Positions 1-8,439 of a stretch of DNA of 64,000 nucleotides are shown here, piece by piece. The DNA is from Pelagibacteraceae bacterium. Lineage in GTDB: Bacteria; Pseudomonadota; Alphaproteobacteria; Pelagibacterales; AG-422-B15. Numbering within the stretch: the stretch's first letter is position 1; every line of letters begins with the position of its first letter. The DNA is taken from contig JAYNZW010000007.1 in the NCBI GenBank assembly GCA_038103905.1, positions 5,777 through 69,776 on the forward strand, in the 5' to 3' direction. The notes beneath the pieces were generated by a model that worked only from the letters and a program-made list of their open reading frames with translations, had not been told where the DNA came from and made no database searches. The position numbers and the translations under genes were made by a program.

Positions 1-380
1 TCAAGCTCTCCGTTAAAATTGTATGACCACGAGTGATAAGGACATACTATAAAGTTTTTCTGTTTACATGGTTTGTTAATTAGTTTGTGTCCTCTATGGC
101 TACATACATTATGAAACACTCTAATATTTTGACTTTTATCGCGAATAATAATTAGTGGAATACCTAACAGGTCAATCGGTATAGTATCACCGACCTCAGG
201 TACAGAACTAGCTGTTCCAATAACTGTCCAATTTCTTGCAAAAACATTATCTCTTTCAAACTCTAAATATTCATCACTTATATAGCATTCATTTGGAAGC
301 CCATGTGCTTGATTGATATCACTTTTGACTGCCTCAATTTTATCTAAAGATAGAATTTCTGATAAATTTTTATTTGACAT
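1..380 (-). CDS. Rieske [2Fe-2S] oxygenase alpha subunit, N-terminal part only (gene runs off the window at position 1)
   Basis: Not in the ORF track. The minus-strand ATG at 380-378 gives MSNKNLSEILSLDKIEAVKSDINQAHGLPNECYISDEYLEFERDNVFARNWTVIGTASSVPEVGDTIPIDLLGIPLIIIRDKSQNIRVFHNVCSHRGHKLINKPCKQKNFIVCPYHSWSYNFNGEL. It carries the Rieske cluster motif CSHRGH...CPYHSW. It starts 9 nt after the upstream permease stop on the same strand. Confidence 0.8.
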   Translation of the reverse strand, partial: MSNKNLSEILSLDKIEAVKSDINQAHGLPNECYISDEYLEFERDNVFARNWTVIGTASSVPEVGDTIPIDLLGIPLIIIRDKSQNIRVFHNVCSHRGHKLINKPCKQKNFIVCPYHSWSYNFNGEL

Positions 381-389
381 TTAATTAAC

Positions 390-2375
390 CTAAGTTTGGA
401 AGCCAAGCTTTTGCTTCATCTGATTTGACCATTCAACCAAAAGCCTATCAGCCGTCAAACCAATAAATGCTACACATAAACCAATGATTAATCCTTTACC
501 ACCATCATTGAACGACAAGGCTCTAAATATTTCTTGTGATAAATCCACAGTACCAATAAATCCAGCAATCATGACCATAAATAAAGCAAACATCAGAGTT
601 TGATTAAGGCCTAATAAAATCTCAGGAAAAGCTAAAGGCATACGAACTTTCCACAATATTTGACGCGGAGTGCATCCCGAAGTTATTGCGGCCTCAATAA
701 TATGAGCTGGAACATTTCGTAACCCAAAAATTGTATAACGAGTAATTGGAATTGATGAATAAACAACAATTGCAAATATTGCTGAAACATCACTTATTTG
801 AAATAACATAACAGCGGGTAATAAATATATGAAAGATGGGAAAGTTTGAAATGTATCACATATATTTAAAACAAGCTTTGTTCTACTTTCTTTTTTAGAT
901 GCCCAGATTCCTCCTGGAATACCAATCATTGCACATATAATTAGAGATACAAAAACCATGTATAATGTAATCATTGCTCTCACCCAATACCCAGAAGTAG
1001 CAATAAACAAAACAAATAAAATAACTGTTAATGCAAGTTTGAATTTGCCCAAACGCCAGCCTACGCATCCAACTAGTGTAACTACAGCTATCCATGGTAA
1101 ATATTGAAAAGCCGCTTTAGTTGGCACAAAAACATAGATTAATAGAAAATCTCTCAAAGCGCCCAAGGGCTTGTACAATGAAGTTGTAATAAATTTAATC
1201 ATAGCATCTAGATATCCAGACAATGATATAGTCATTTCCTTTGGAAGTTTCGCAGCCATTGGCGTTAAATAAGCTAATAATATTGAGAAGAAAAATACTG
1301 CAAGCGCAGCTGTTATGTAAGGATGACGGACCCAAAAAGATCCTTCTTTTAATCGTTCTGGTTCTTTCTGCGAAAAAGCCTGGCTATATCGATCAAGTGT
1401 AATTGCAATAAAAACAACAGCGACACCGATTTCAAATGCTTGACCAAGCCTTAAGTTTTGAAGTCTTGTTAGAAGATCATGTCCTAGACCTGCCTGTCCT
1501 ATAAATGATGCAATAACAACCATTGCAAGACACTGCATAATGACTTGATTAATACCAAGCATTATAGATGCACGGGCAGCAGGTAATTCTACTTTGAATA
1601 ACATTTGTAGTTTATTGCAACCAGCCATGATTCCTGCCTCAATAATTTCAGGAGATACACTTTTTAATCCAAGTATCGTAAGACGGGTCATTGGGGGAAA
1701 AGCAAAAATAACTGTAGCTATAACTCCAGCTTTAGAGCCAATCCCAAAAAAAATAGCAACCAGAATTAAGTATGAAAAATGTGGAAGTGATTGAAGCACA
1801 TTCAAAAATGGCCATACAAAACTATGAACTCTTTTTCTTTTAGCGGCTAAAATTCCCAGAGCTACTCCAATAATTGCAGCTAAGGGTGTTGAAACAGCAA
1901 TCGCAGATAAAGTCTTCATAGATAGTTCCCAAATACCTCTCTGACTAAAAAGAGCTAAGTAAAAAAAACAGCCCCCACCTAACAATGCTAATCTCCATCC
2001 CTTTAAATAAAGACCAAGAACAATAGCAAGGCCAAAAATCATGACCCAAGGCATTGGCCCAATACCGGCATCGGCAAATCCTTTATGCAATATGGCTTCG
2101 GTAAAACCCAATAAGACATCCACGCCATCAGCAATTGAGCGAGTAAACTCTCTAAAAGTAAAAAGACCAAATATTTCATAACTTCTCAAAAATTGAATTC
2201 CATCATTAGTCCACTGAACAAATGGAATCATTCCCTCTATGGTGCCACATCCTCCAAGACAACTCTTTGGAGGAACCAATGACCACTTAGGTAAAAATGG
2301 TTTCAATGATATTAAAATTAAAAATGGAGCAAATATAAAAAAGAAACCAGACTTAAAGAAACTATTAATACTCAT
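390..2375 (-). CDS. tmoW: ABC transporter permease, fused tandem ProW/OpuAB-type domains (glycine betaine/TMAO family; likely TmoW)
   Basis: 661 aa with two permease domains. Each has its own EAA loop (EAGIMAGCNKLQMLFKVELP and EAAITSGCTPRQILWKVRMP). ATGA overlap with the ATPase gene. The Tmo assignment rests only on linkage to the tdm-like gene. Confidence 0.8.
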   Translation of the reverse strand: MSINSFFKSGFFFIFAPFLILISLKPFLPKWSLVPPKSCLGGCGTIEGMIPFVQWTNDGIQFLRSYEIFGLFTFREFTRSIADGVDVLLGFTEAILHKGFADAGIGPMPWVMIFGLAIVLGLYLKGWRLALLGGGCFFYLALFSQRGIWELSMKTLSAIAVSTPLAAIIGVALGILAAKRKRVHSFVWPFLNVLQSLPHFSYLILVAIFFGIGSKAGVIATVIFAFPPMTRLTILGLKSVSPEIIEAGIMAGCNKLQMLFKVELPAARASIMLGINQVIMQCLAMVVIASFIGQAGLGHDLLTRLQNLRLGQAFEIGVAVVFIAITLDRYSQAFSQKEPERLKEGSFWVRHPYITAALAVFFFSILLAYLTPMAAKLPKEMTISLSGYLDAMIKFITTSLYKPLGALRDFLLIYVFVPTKAAFQYLPWIAVVTLVGCVGWRLGKFKLALTVILFVLFIATSGYWVRAMITLYMVFVSLIICAMIGIPGGIWASKKESRTKLVLNICDTFQTFPSFIYLLPAVMLFQISDVSAIFAIVVYSSIPITRYTIFGLRNVPAHIIEAAITSGCTPRQILWKVRMPLAFPEILLGLNQTLMFALFMVMIAGFIGTVDLSQEIFRALSFNDGGKGLIIGLCVAFIGLTADRLLVEWSNQMKQKLGFQT

Positions 2376-3391
2376 TCTTTTTCAAATAGAACGTTAACAA
2401 TATCTTGTTTTGTAATACTGCCAACCACATTAGAGTTATCATCAGTTACTGCTGCTGGAGCATTATTCATAAGAATTTCTTTTGCGATCTCAGAAACTTT
2501 TGCTTGCTGAGATACTTTTATTTCAGCTCCCTCAACCTTTTGTTTATTCATTATACTTCCCACCGAAAGTAATTTTGCTCTTGGTATATCTTTTGTAAAT
2601 TCTGCCACATAATCATTTGCAGGATTAGTAATTAATTCTTCTGCGTTACCCACCTGAACAATATTGCCTTCATTCATAATCACGATTCTATCAGCTAATC
2701 TTATTGCCTCATCAAAATCGTGGGTGATGAATACAATTGTTTTTTGAAGCATACTTTGAAGTCTTAGAAATTCATTTTGCATTTCTTTTCTGATCAACGG
2801 ATCTAATGCAGAAAAAGGTTCATCTAAAAACCATACATCAGGTTCGACTGCCAATGACCGAGCAAGACCTACTCTTTGCTGCTGGCCACCAGAAAGCTCC
2901 CTTGGATAATATTTTTCTCGCCCTTCCAGTCCTACGAGTTTTATTACTTCCTCAGCACGCGACTCTCTTTTGTCACGGTCAATACCTTGAACTTCTAGGG
3001 GAAAAGCAACATTTTGAAGGACGGTTCTATGTGGGAGTAAAGCAAAGTGCTGGAAGACCATTCCCATTTTATGTCTTCTAATTTCAATTAATTCTTTTTG
3101 AGTAGCTTTGATTAAATCTTTTCCTTCAAAAAAAACTTGTCCATGGGTTGGCTCAATTAACTTTGACATACAACGGAGTAAAGTCGATTTTCCTGAACCA
3201 CTTAAACCCATAATGACTAATATTTCACCAGTCATAACATCAATATTAGCATCACGGACGGCAGGAATATATTTTTCAGATTTGATCAAATCTGCAGAGG
3301 GATTAAAGTTATTAGATGCAAGAAACTTCTCAGGATTCTCGCCATAAAGCTTCCAAATATTTTTACATGAGATTTTTATATTATCGTTCAT
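2372..3391 (-). CDS. tmoV: ABC transporter ATP-binding protein, ProV/OpuAA family (likely TmoV)
   Basis: 339 aa. Walker A GLSGSGKST, signature LSGGQQQRVGLAR, Walker B VWFLDEPFSALD, and a short C-terminal CBS-like tail. Confidence 0.85.
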   Translation of the reverse strand: MNDNIKISCKNIWKLYGENPEKFLASNNFNPSADLIKSEKYIPAVRDANIDVMTGEILVIMGLSGSGKSTLLRCMSKLIEPTHGQVFFEGKDLIKATQKELIEIRRHKMGMVFQHFALLPHRTVLQNVAFPLEVQGIDRDKRESRAEEVIKLVGLEGREKYYPRELSGGQQQRVGLARSLAVEPDVWFLDEPFSALDPLIRKEMQNEFLRLQSMLQKTIVFITHDFDEAIRLADRIVIMNEGNIVQVGNAEELITNPANDYVAEFTKDIPRAKLLSVGSIMNKQKVEGAEIKVSQQAKVSEIAKEILMNNAPAAVTDDNSNVVGSITKQDIVNVLFEKE

Positions 3392-3418
3392 AAATTAATG
3401 AAAAGAGTAACATATTTT

Positions 3419-3450
3419 AAAAAAAAACGAACCAGCAAGAAGCTGGTTCG
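3419..3450 (-). terminator. Rho-independent terminator between the binding-protein gene and the ATPase gene
   Basis: Minus strand reads CGAACCAGC-UUCUU-GCUGGUUCG (arms at 3450-3442 and 3436-3428), followed directly by nine U (3427-3419). This is a 9-bp GC-rich stem in an otherwise AT-rich spacer. Confidence 0.75.
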
Positions 3451-3499
3451 TTTAATTTCTTTGTTTAAAACTAAGTAAATTAGTTAATTCTAAAGAGGA

Positions 3500-4444
3500 T
3501 TAATTTACCCAGTTAGACCATTTAGACTCGTGTTCGTCTAGCCACTTTTGAGCAGCTGCTGGAACTTCTAAACCATCTGTATCAACATAGTTGGCCATTT
3601 TATCAATATCCGGGCCAGAAAAGTTCATCTGCTTTAACAGTTTGTATCCAGCAGGATGGTTTTTACTAAAGTCTTTATTCACTGCAAGTTTCAAATATCC
3701 ACTAGCAGGGTTACCACAGTCATAAAGGGCATTTGGATTTACACCCCAAGATGCATCAGTTGTACATTTAGGATCATGTGTTGGAAACTCAACAAATTTT
3801 CCAGGGTACTTTGCACCAATAAAGTTTGGACTCCAGTTAAAGATTACTACAGGTTTATTTTGAGCAACACCTGCATCTAATTCAGCCCAGATTGCTCCAG
3901 CTGAACCTGCGTTTCTAACTTCAAAGTTCATGCCTAAAGCTTCAACTTTTTCAGCATCATGTTTTAACCAGTCAACTGGACCACCGATAAATACACCTTT
4001 GCCTCCAGAGTCAGCTCTTGCAAACTGGTCTGAACATGCATTTAGTGCTTCCCAAGAAGGTAAGCCTGGGCAAGTTTCTTCAACAAAATTTGGATACCAC
4101 CAATCTTCTCTTGTCACAGCATCATGAGTTAAGATTTCTTCCACGTTTCCAGTAGCAAGAGATTTCTCGTAAGATGCACCGAATGCACCCTCCCAAATCT
4201 CATGGACTAAATCGATGTCTCCATCAGCCATTGATTGATAAACAGTCTGGCTATCCATTGGGATGTATTCAATTTCCTCGCCCACCATTTTTAACAACTC
4301 ACCAACTACTTCAGCACCAACAAGTTGGCTTGACCAGTTGTGAGTAGGAATCTTAACAACTCCACTTTTATCTGCACTAGCTGTTCCAAGTGAAAGACCT
4401 GTAACAATTAAAAAAGCAGATAAAAAACTTATCATTTTTTTCAT
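3500..4444 (-). CDS. tmoX: Periplasmic substrate-binding protein, OpuAC/ProX glycine-betaine family (likely TMAO-binding TmoX)
   Basis: 314 aa. Signal peptide MKKMISFLSAFLIVTGLSLGTASA and a betaine-family binding-protein sequence. AGGAGA lies 7 nt upstream of the ATG. It is the first gene of the transporter unit, next to the tdm-like gene. Confidence 0.8.
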   Translation of the reverse strand: MKKMISFLSAFLIVTGLSLGTASADKSGVVKIPTHNWSSQLVGAEVVGELLKMVGEEIEYIPMDSQTVYQSMADGDIDLVHEIWEGAFGASYEKSLATGNVEEILTHDAVTREDWWYPNFVEETCPGLPSWEALNACSDQFARADSGGKGVFIGGPVDWLKHDAEKVEALGMNFEVRNAGSAGAIWAELDAGVAQNKPVVIFNWSPNFIGAKYPGKFVEFPTHDPKCTTDASWGVNPNALYDCGNPASGYLKLAVNKDFSKNHPAGYKLLKQMNFSGPDIDKMANYVDTDGLEVPAAAQKWLDEHESKWSNWVN

Positions 4445-4488
4445 TATTTATTCTCCTAGGTTTGTAATATTTAATTAATCCTACAAAT

Positions 4489-4518
4489 ATTATACGCACA
4501 TATTGATACTAATCTGAA
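4489..4518 (-). promoter_or_regulatory. Candidate sigma70-type promoter for the binding-protein gene
   Basis: Minus strand: -35 TTCAGA (4518-4513), 18-nt spacer, -10 TATAAT (4494-4489). This is a motif match only, in AT-rich DNA. Confidence 0.3.
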
Positions 4519-4604
4519 ATGAAAATTTAAAAAATCGTACTATCAACACCTACATGTTGATAAAAAAATATAAATCTATACTACCTGTAGATGCCAATCA
4601 ATCT

Positions 4605-6962
4605 TTAGGCTTTTACTCTGCTTTTGGTTGGGTCATAAAAAGGGAACTGGATTATTTTAGCTTTTAATCTTCTTTGGTGACCGTCAAGTTTACCAACCTC
4701 AACCTCTGTTCCAAGTTCACAGGAGTGAACATCCATTCGACAAAGTGCAATATTTTTATTAAGTGTTGGCGAAATCATTCCACTTGTAATTATACCAACT
4801 TGTCCTTTTCCAATATGCACACAATCTCCATGACCACATTTTTCATTTCCTTCAATTTCTAGTCCTACAAGTTTTCTATGAGGGTTTTCTTTTCTTCTGA
4901 TTAAAGCATCGCAGCCAATAAAGTTTGCTTCCTTGGATTTAAGGGGAACTGTAAATGAGATGCCTGCTTCAAAAGGATCTGTTTCATCACTAAACTCATT
5001 ACCACCTAAAATTAATCCTGCTTCAATTCTTAACATATCTAAGGCATCAAAGCCCATTGGAACAATATCGTATTCTTGTCCAGCTTCCCAAATTGCATCC
5101 CACACCGCTGATGCATCTTTTGGATGACAATAAACTTCATATCCAAGTTCTCCTGTATATCCTGTACGAGATAACATCACTGGAATACCCAAATGATCAT
5201 TTAGTCGACTGATATTAAAATTAAACCAATTTAACTCTTCAATTCCAGGACTTGCCGGTGTCGTCCACATTATTTTTGATAAAACTTTACGGCTATTTGG
5301 ACCCTGAACTGAAAGATTATGTAATTGATCAGTAGATGATTTAACAGAAACTCTTAAATTTAATTTCAACCCTAATTCACGCAACCACTCTCCAGAATAG
5401 TCACTTCCACCAATCCATCTAAAATTTGTATCACCAAGTCTGAATAGTGTTCCATCATCAATCATTGTTCCATTTTCGTAACACATAGCCGAATAAACAA
5501 CTTGGCCGATTGATAGTTTTTTAACATTTCTTGTTAATGCAGTGTTCATTAACTCTTCTGCATCAGGACCGATAACTTCAAACTTCTTTAAAGATGACAA
5601 ATCCATCATGACAACATTATTTCTACATGCAGTGTATTCTGCTATTGTGCCGTAATTGTCATATTTTCTAGGAATCCAAACACCAGCAAATTCAACATAG
5701 TCTTTTGTTAACTTTGAAGTTCGATCATGAAACCCAGTTTGTTTGGTCAAATCTATATCTGCTTCCACGCTTTTACGATACCCTATTGCTTTTGAGAAAA
5801 AATTCTCCTTTGAATAAATTCTAACGCAAATATCTGTAGGGTTCCAGTCATTAGCAGCATCAATATCGCAAGGACATGCAGATGATAAGGAAACTAAATT
5901 CTTTTGAGCTTGAAAGAGAACATAATTTCCAGGCACAGACCAAGGGACATCAAAAAAGAAAACATTTGTTGCATCAAGACCCGTATTAAAAAAGAGATTT
6001 ATTGCTTGCCATGCCCTTCTCTTTTCAACGCCATACGGATCCAAAACTTTGTTGAAGTTATCTGAACAGTTGGCATGACCAAAATATCCAACATCTTCAT
6101 AATATTTTGAACTACATGCATTTCCAAATGTATCGTGTCTTCCACACGTGTCCTGTATTACCTCAACTAATGCGTCTTGGTCCTGATCAAAGTACTTAGA
6201 AAACAATCCTGGTACTGCATAATTCATTCCAATAATACTTCTTGTTACCATTGGATCAATTGATAATTCTTTTCCTTTTTCAAGCTTCAAAGAGTCAAAG
6301 ACTTGAAAATCTGAACATTGTCTACCGTATAAATCTATTACTTGAATAAAATCTCCTGCTTCAACTTCATACGATATAGCTGTGCTATTATCGACAATAA
6401 ACTCTTCTTTAATTTCAGCTAATGGTGGAGGTAAAAAATAATTAGTTTTGTTGTTAGTTTTATTCAATCTGTTGATCTTAACTTCTAAATCTGTTGGAGG
6501 GTTTTGACTGTCAACTGACATATCAACTCCTGGTGCAGCAATAATGATGAAGCCATCACTTTCACAGGTAAATTCTTCAACGGTACCTGCAACAGTTTCA
6601 TGATCGAATAAATTTATAGAACGAGCTTTATGAAAATCGATATTTTTTTTGTTCAATTTTGATAATAAATAATCTTGGCCTGATCTATTTGATAAAACTT
6701 GTTTTGCATAGACGGCATCTCCATTACTTTTTAATCCAAGTACCTCGGGAGAGCATTTTCCTGTATGATCAAAAACAATAATTTCAGCTATTTGGCTTCC
6801 TTCAGTATTCTTGACTAAGATTTGATCGCCCTTAAAGAATTCGATCCCTGTTAGGCCCATGGCTTTAGCAACATACCGCTCTACTCCCGCGGGAAGTCCA
6901 ATTATTCCAGCATCGTAAGGGCTTGTTTTCCTTACGTTAAAATTTTCTAAGTTAATATCCAT
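4605..6962 (-). CDS. tdm: Two-domain aminomethyltransferase-family protein (N-terminal DUF1989-like Cys-rich domain + C-terminal GcvT/THF-binding domain); likely trimethylamine N-oxide demethylase
   Basis: 785 aa. The C-terminal ~370 aa are GcvT-like (SVQGPNSRKVL, RTGYTGELGYEVYC, DMLRIEAGL). The N-terminal ~400 aa have no GcvT similarity and carry Cys clusters (CGRHDTFGNACSS, SSACPCDID). The length, architecture and adjacency to a betaine-type ABC transporter match the Tdm/TmoXWV arrangement as I recall it. Confidence 0.7.
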   Translation of the reverse strand: MDINLENFNVRKTSPYDAGIIGLPAGVERYVAKAMGLTGIEFFKGDQILVKNTEGSQIAEIIVFDHTGKCSPEVLGLKSNGDAVYAKQVLSNRSGQDYLLSKLNKKNIDFHKARSINLFDHETVAGTVEEFTCESDGFIIIAAPGVDMSVDSQNPPTDLEVKINRLNKTNNKTNYFLPPPLAEIKEEFIVDNSTAISYEVEAGDFIQVIDLYGRQCSDFQVFDSLKLEKGKELSIDPMVTRSIIGMNYAVPGLFSKYFDQDQDALVEVIQDTCGRHDTFGNACSSKYYEDVGYFGHANCSDNFNKVLDPYGVEKRRAWQAINLFFNTGLDATNVFFFDVPWSVPGNYVLFQAQKNLVSLSSACPCDIDAANDWNPTDICVRIYSKENFFSKAIGYRKSVEADIDLTKQTGFHDRTSKLTKDYVEFAGVWIPRKYDNYGTIAEYTACRNNVVMMDLSSLKKFEVIGPDAEELMNTALTRNVKKLSIGQVVYSAMCYENGTMIDDGTLFRLGDTNFRWIGGSDYSGEWLRELGLKLNLRVSVKSSTDQLHNLSVQGPNSRKVLSKIMWTTPASPGIEELNWFNFNISRLNDHLGIPVMLSRTGYTGELGYEVYCHPKDASAVWDAIWEAGQEYDIVPMGFDALDMLRIEAGLILGGNEFSDETDPFEAGISFTVPLKSKEANFIGCDALIRRKENPHRKLVGLEIEGNEKCGHGDCVHIGKGQVGIITSGMISPTLNKNIALCRMDVHSCELGTEVEVGKLDGHQRRLKAKIIQFPFYDPTKSRVKA

Positions 6963-7053
6963 TCTTTGTCGAAAGCATACATCATATTTGGATTGACAAC
7001 TATCTCGAAGTAAGAAAAATGCTAATTATTAGATTTAAAATTTAGAATTATTT

Positions 7054-8397
7054 ATGTCAATACCTGAAAAAGCTGATTACGTAATCATTGGTGCTGGAAT
7101 TCATGGTCTGAGCACAGCATATCATTTAGCTGCAAAGTTAAAAGCTCAAGGCAAAGGTGATGGAAGCAAAATTCTGATCATTGAAAAAGATGCGATTGCA
7201 TCGGGAGCAACTGGTGTTGCTTGTGGTGTGGTAAGAAATAATTATTTCCAACCGGCTATGAGAGAATTAATGGCTCATTCAGTTGAAGTTTGGGAAACAG
7301 ACCCGAAGGCTTATCACTATCATAGTGTTGGCTATATGCAGATTAGCCCAGAATGTATGGAAGAAGATGTTGCTTCAATATATGAACAACAAAAAAATAT
7401 TGGCTATGACTCAGAGTTTATTCAAGGAAAGGAAGATTCTGAAAAATACATGAAGTCGATGTTTAATGACTGGCAGGCAAAAGGAATTACAAGTGTCCTT
7501 CATGAAAAAAGAGGTGGATATGCAAATAACACATCTGCAATGTACGGCTTGGCTGACAAAGCTGAGCACGAAGGAGTCAGGCTTCTCACAGGGGTGACTG
7601 TAAAAGGGTTTCAATATGGTTCAAACTCTGATGCTGTAACTGCAGTAGATACGGATAAAGGTTCAATTAAGTGTGATCAAGTTATTATTGGTGCAGGACC
7701 ATGGGCTCAATCATTCTGGAATATGCTGGAGCTTCCAAAAGAGGTAAATATAAAAAGCAATGGCACAGTTCATGAAAATATTCCAATGTGGCAATATTGG
7801 TTTTTAGTTGAGGGAGTTTTAAATGTTGATCCTAACTTCTTGAAAACTGAAGATGGCAATATGCCTCCTGTTATTCATGTAGATACTGATGCTCCTTTAT
7901 ATTCTGATGTCGACAAGTCACTCATCACTGATAAGCTTTGGGGCATCTATTATAAACCTGACTTTCATTTTGGTGGGATTCAAGGTGGATCTTCGCCTTA
8001 TAAAGTTGGCGAGCCGGGAGGCGCTGGAATAGAAGTTGATCCTTATGGCCCTTCTTCAAAGGATTTTGTGATCGACGATAATTTTGCCCATATGTGGACT
8101 TCAGCTTTGGCATTTTGTCATAAACGATTTGAAGGAAAATCTCATTTATTTAAAAAAGGTGCAACAGGTGGTCTTGGTTGTTTTACGCCTGATTCATTTC
8201 CTGTATTTGATCAGTTTAGAGAGAACGTTTATATGATCGCTGACTCAAATCATGGATATAAGATGTTGGGTGTTGGTAAGCTTGTTGCAGATGAAATCCT
8301 TGGTGAAAAAAGCAACTTATTAGAACCGTTTAGATTTTCAAGATATGAAGAGGGTAAATTACATCCTACTTCAAACAGTCCCTTCCCTTGGAGTTAA
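7054..8397 (+). CDS. FAD-dependent oxidoreductase, DAO family (SoxB-like paralogue, substrate unknown)
   Basis: 447 aa. N-terminal dinucleotide-binding motif DYVIIGAGIHGLSTAYHLA and an internal VIIGAGPWA motif typical of DAO/SoxB enzymes. It is divergent from tdm and lies 42 nt upstream of soxB. Confidence 0.8.
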   Translation: MSIPEKADYVIIGAGIHGLSTAYHLAAKLKAQGKGDGSKILIIEKDAIASGATGVACGVVRNNYFQPAMRELMAHSVEVWETDPKAYHYHSVGYMQISPECMEEDVASIYEQQKNIGYDSEFIQGKEDSEKYMKSMFNDWQAKGITSVLHEKRGGYANNTSAMYGLADKAEHEGVRLLTGVTVKGFQYGSNSDAVTAVDTDKGSIKCDQVIIGAGPWAQSFWNMLELPKEVNIKSNGTVHENIPMWQYWFLVEGVLNVDPNFLKTEDGNMPPVIHVDTDAPLYSDVDKSLITDKLWGIYYKPDFHFGGIQGGSSPYKVGEPGGAGIEVDPYGPSSKDFVIDDNFAHMWTSALAFCHKRFEGKSHLFKKGATGGLGCFTPDSFPVFDQFRENVYMIADSNHGYKMLGVGKLVADEILGEKSNLLEPFRFSRYEEGKLHPTSNSPFPWS

Positions 8398-8439
8398 ACA
8401 AAATCGTTCTATATAATTAAACTTTAAAGGTTATTAGTT

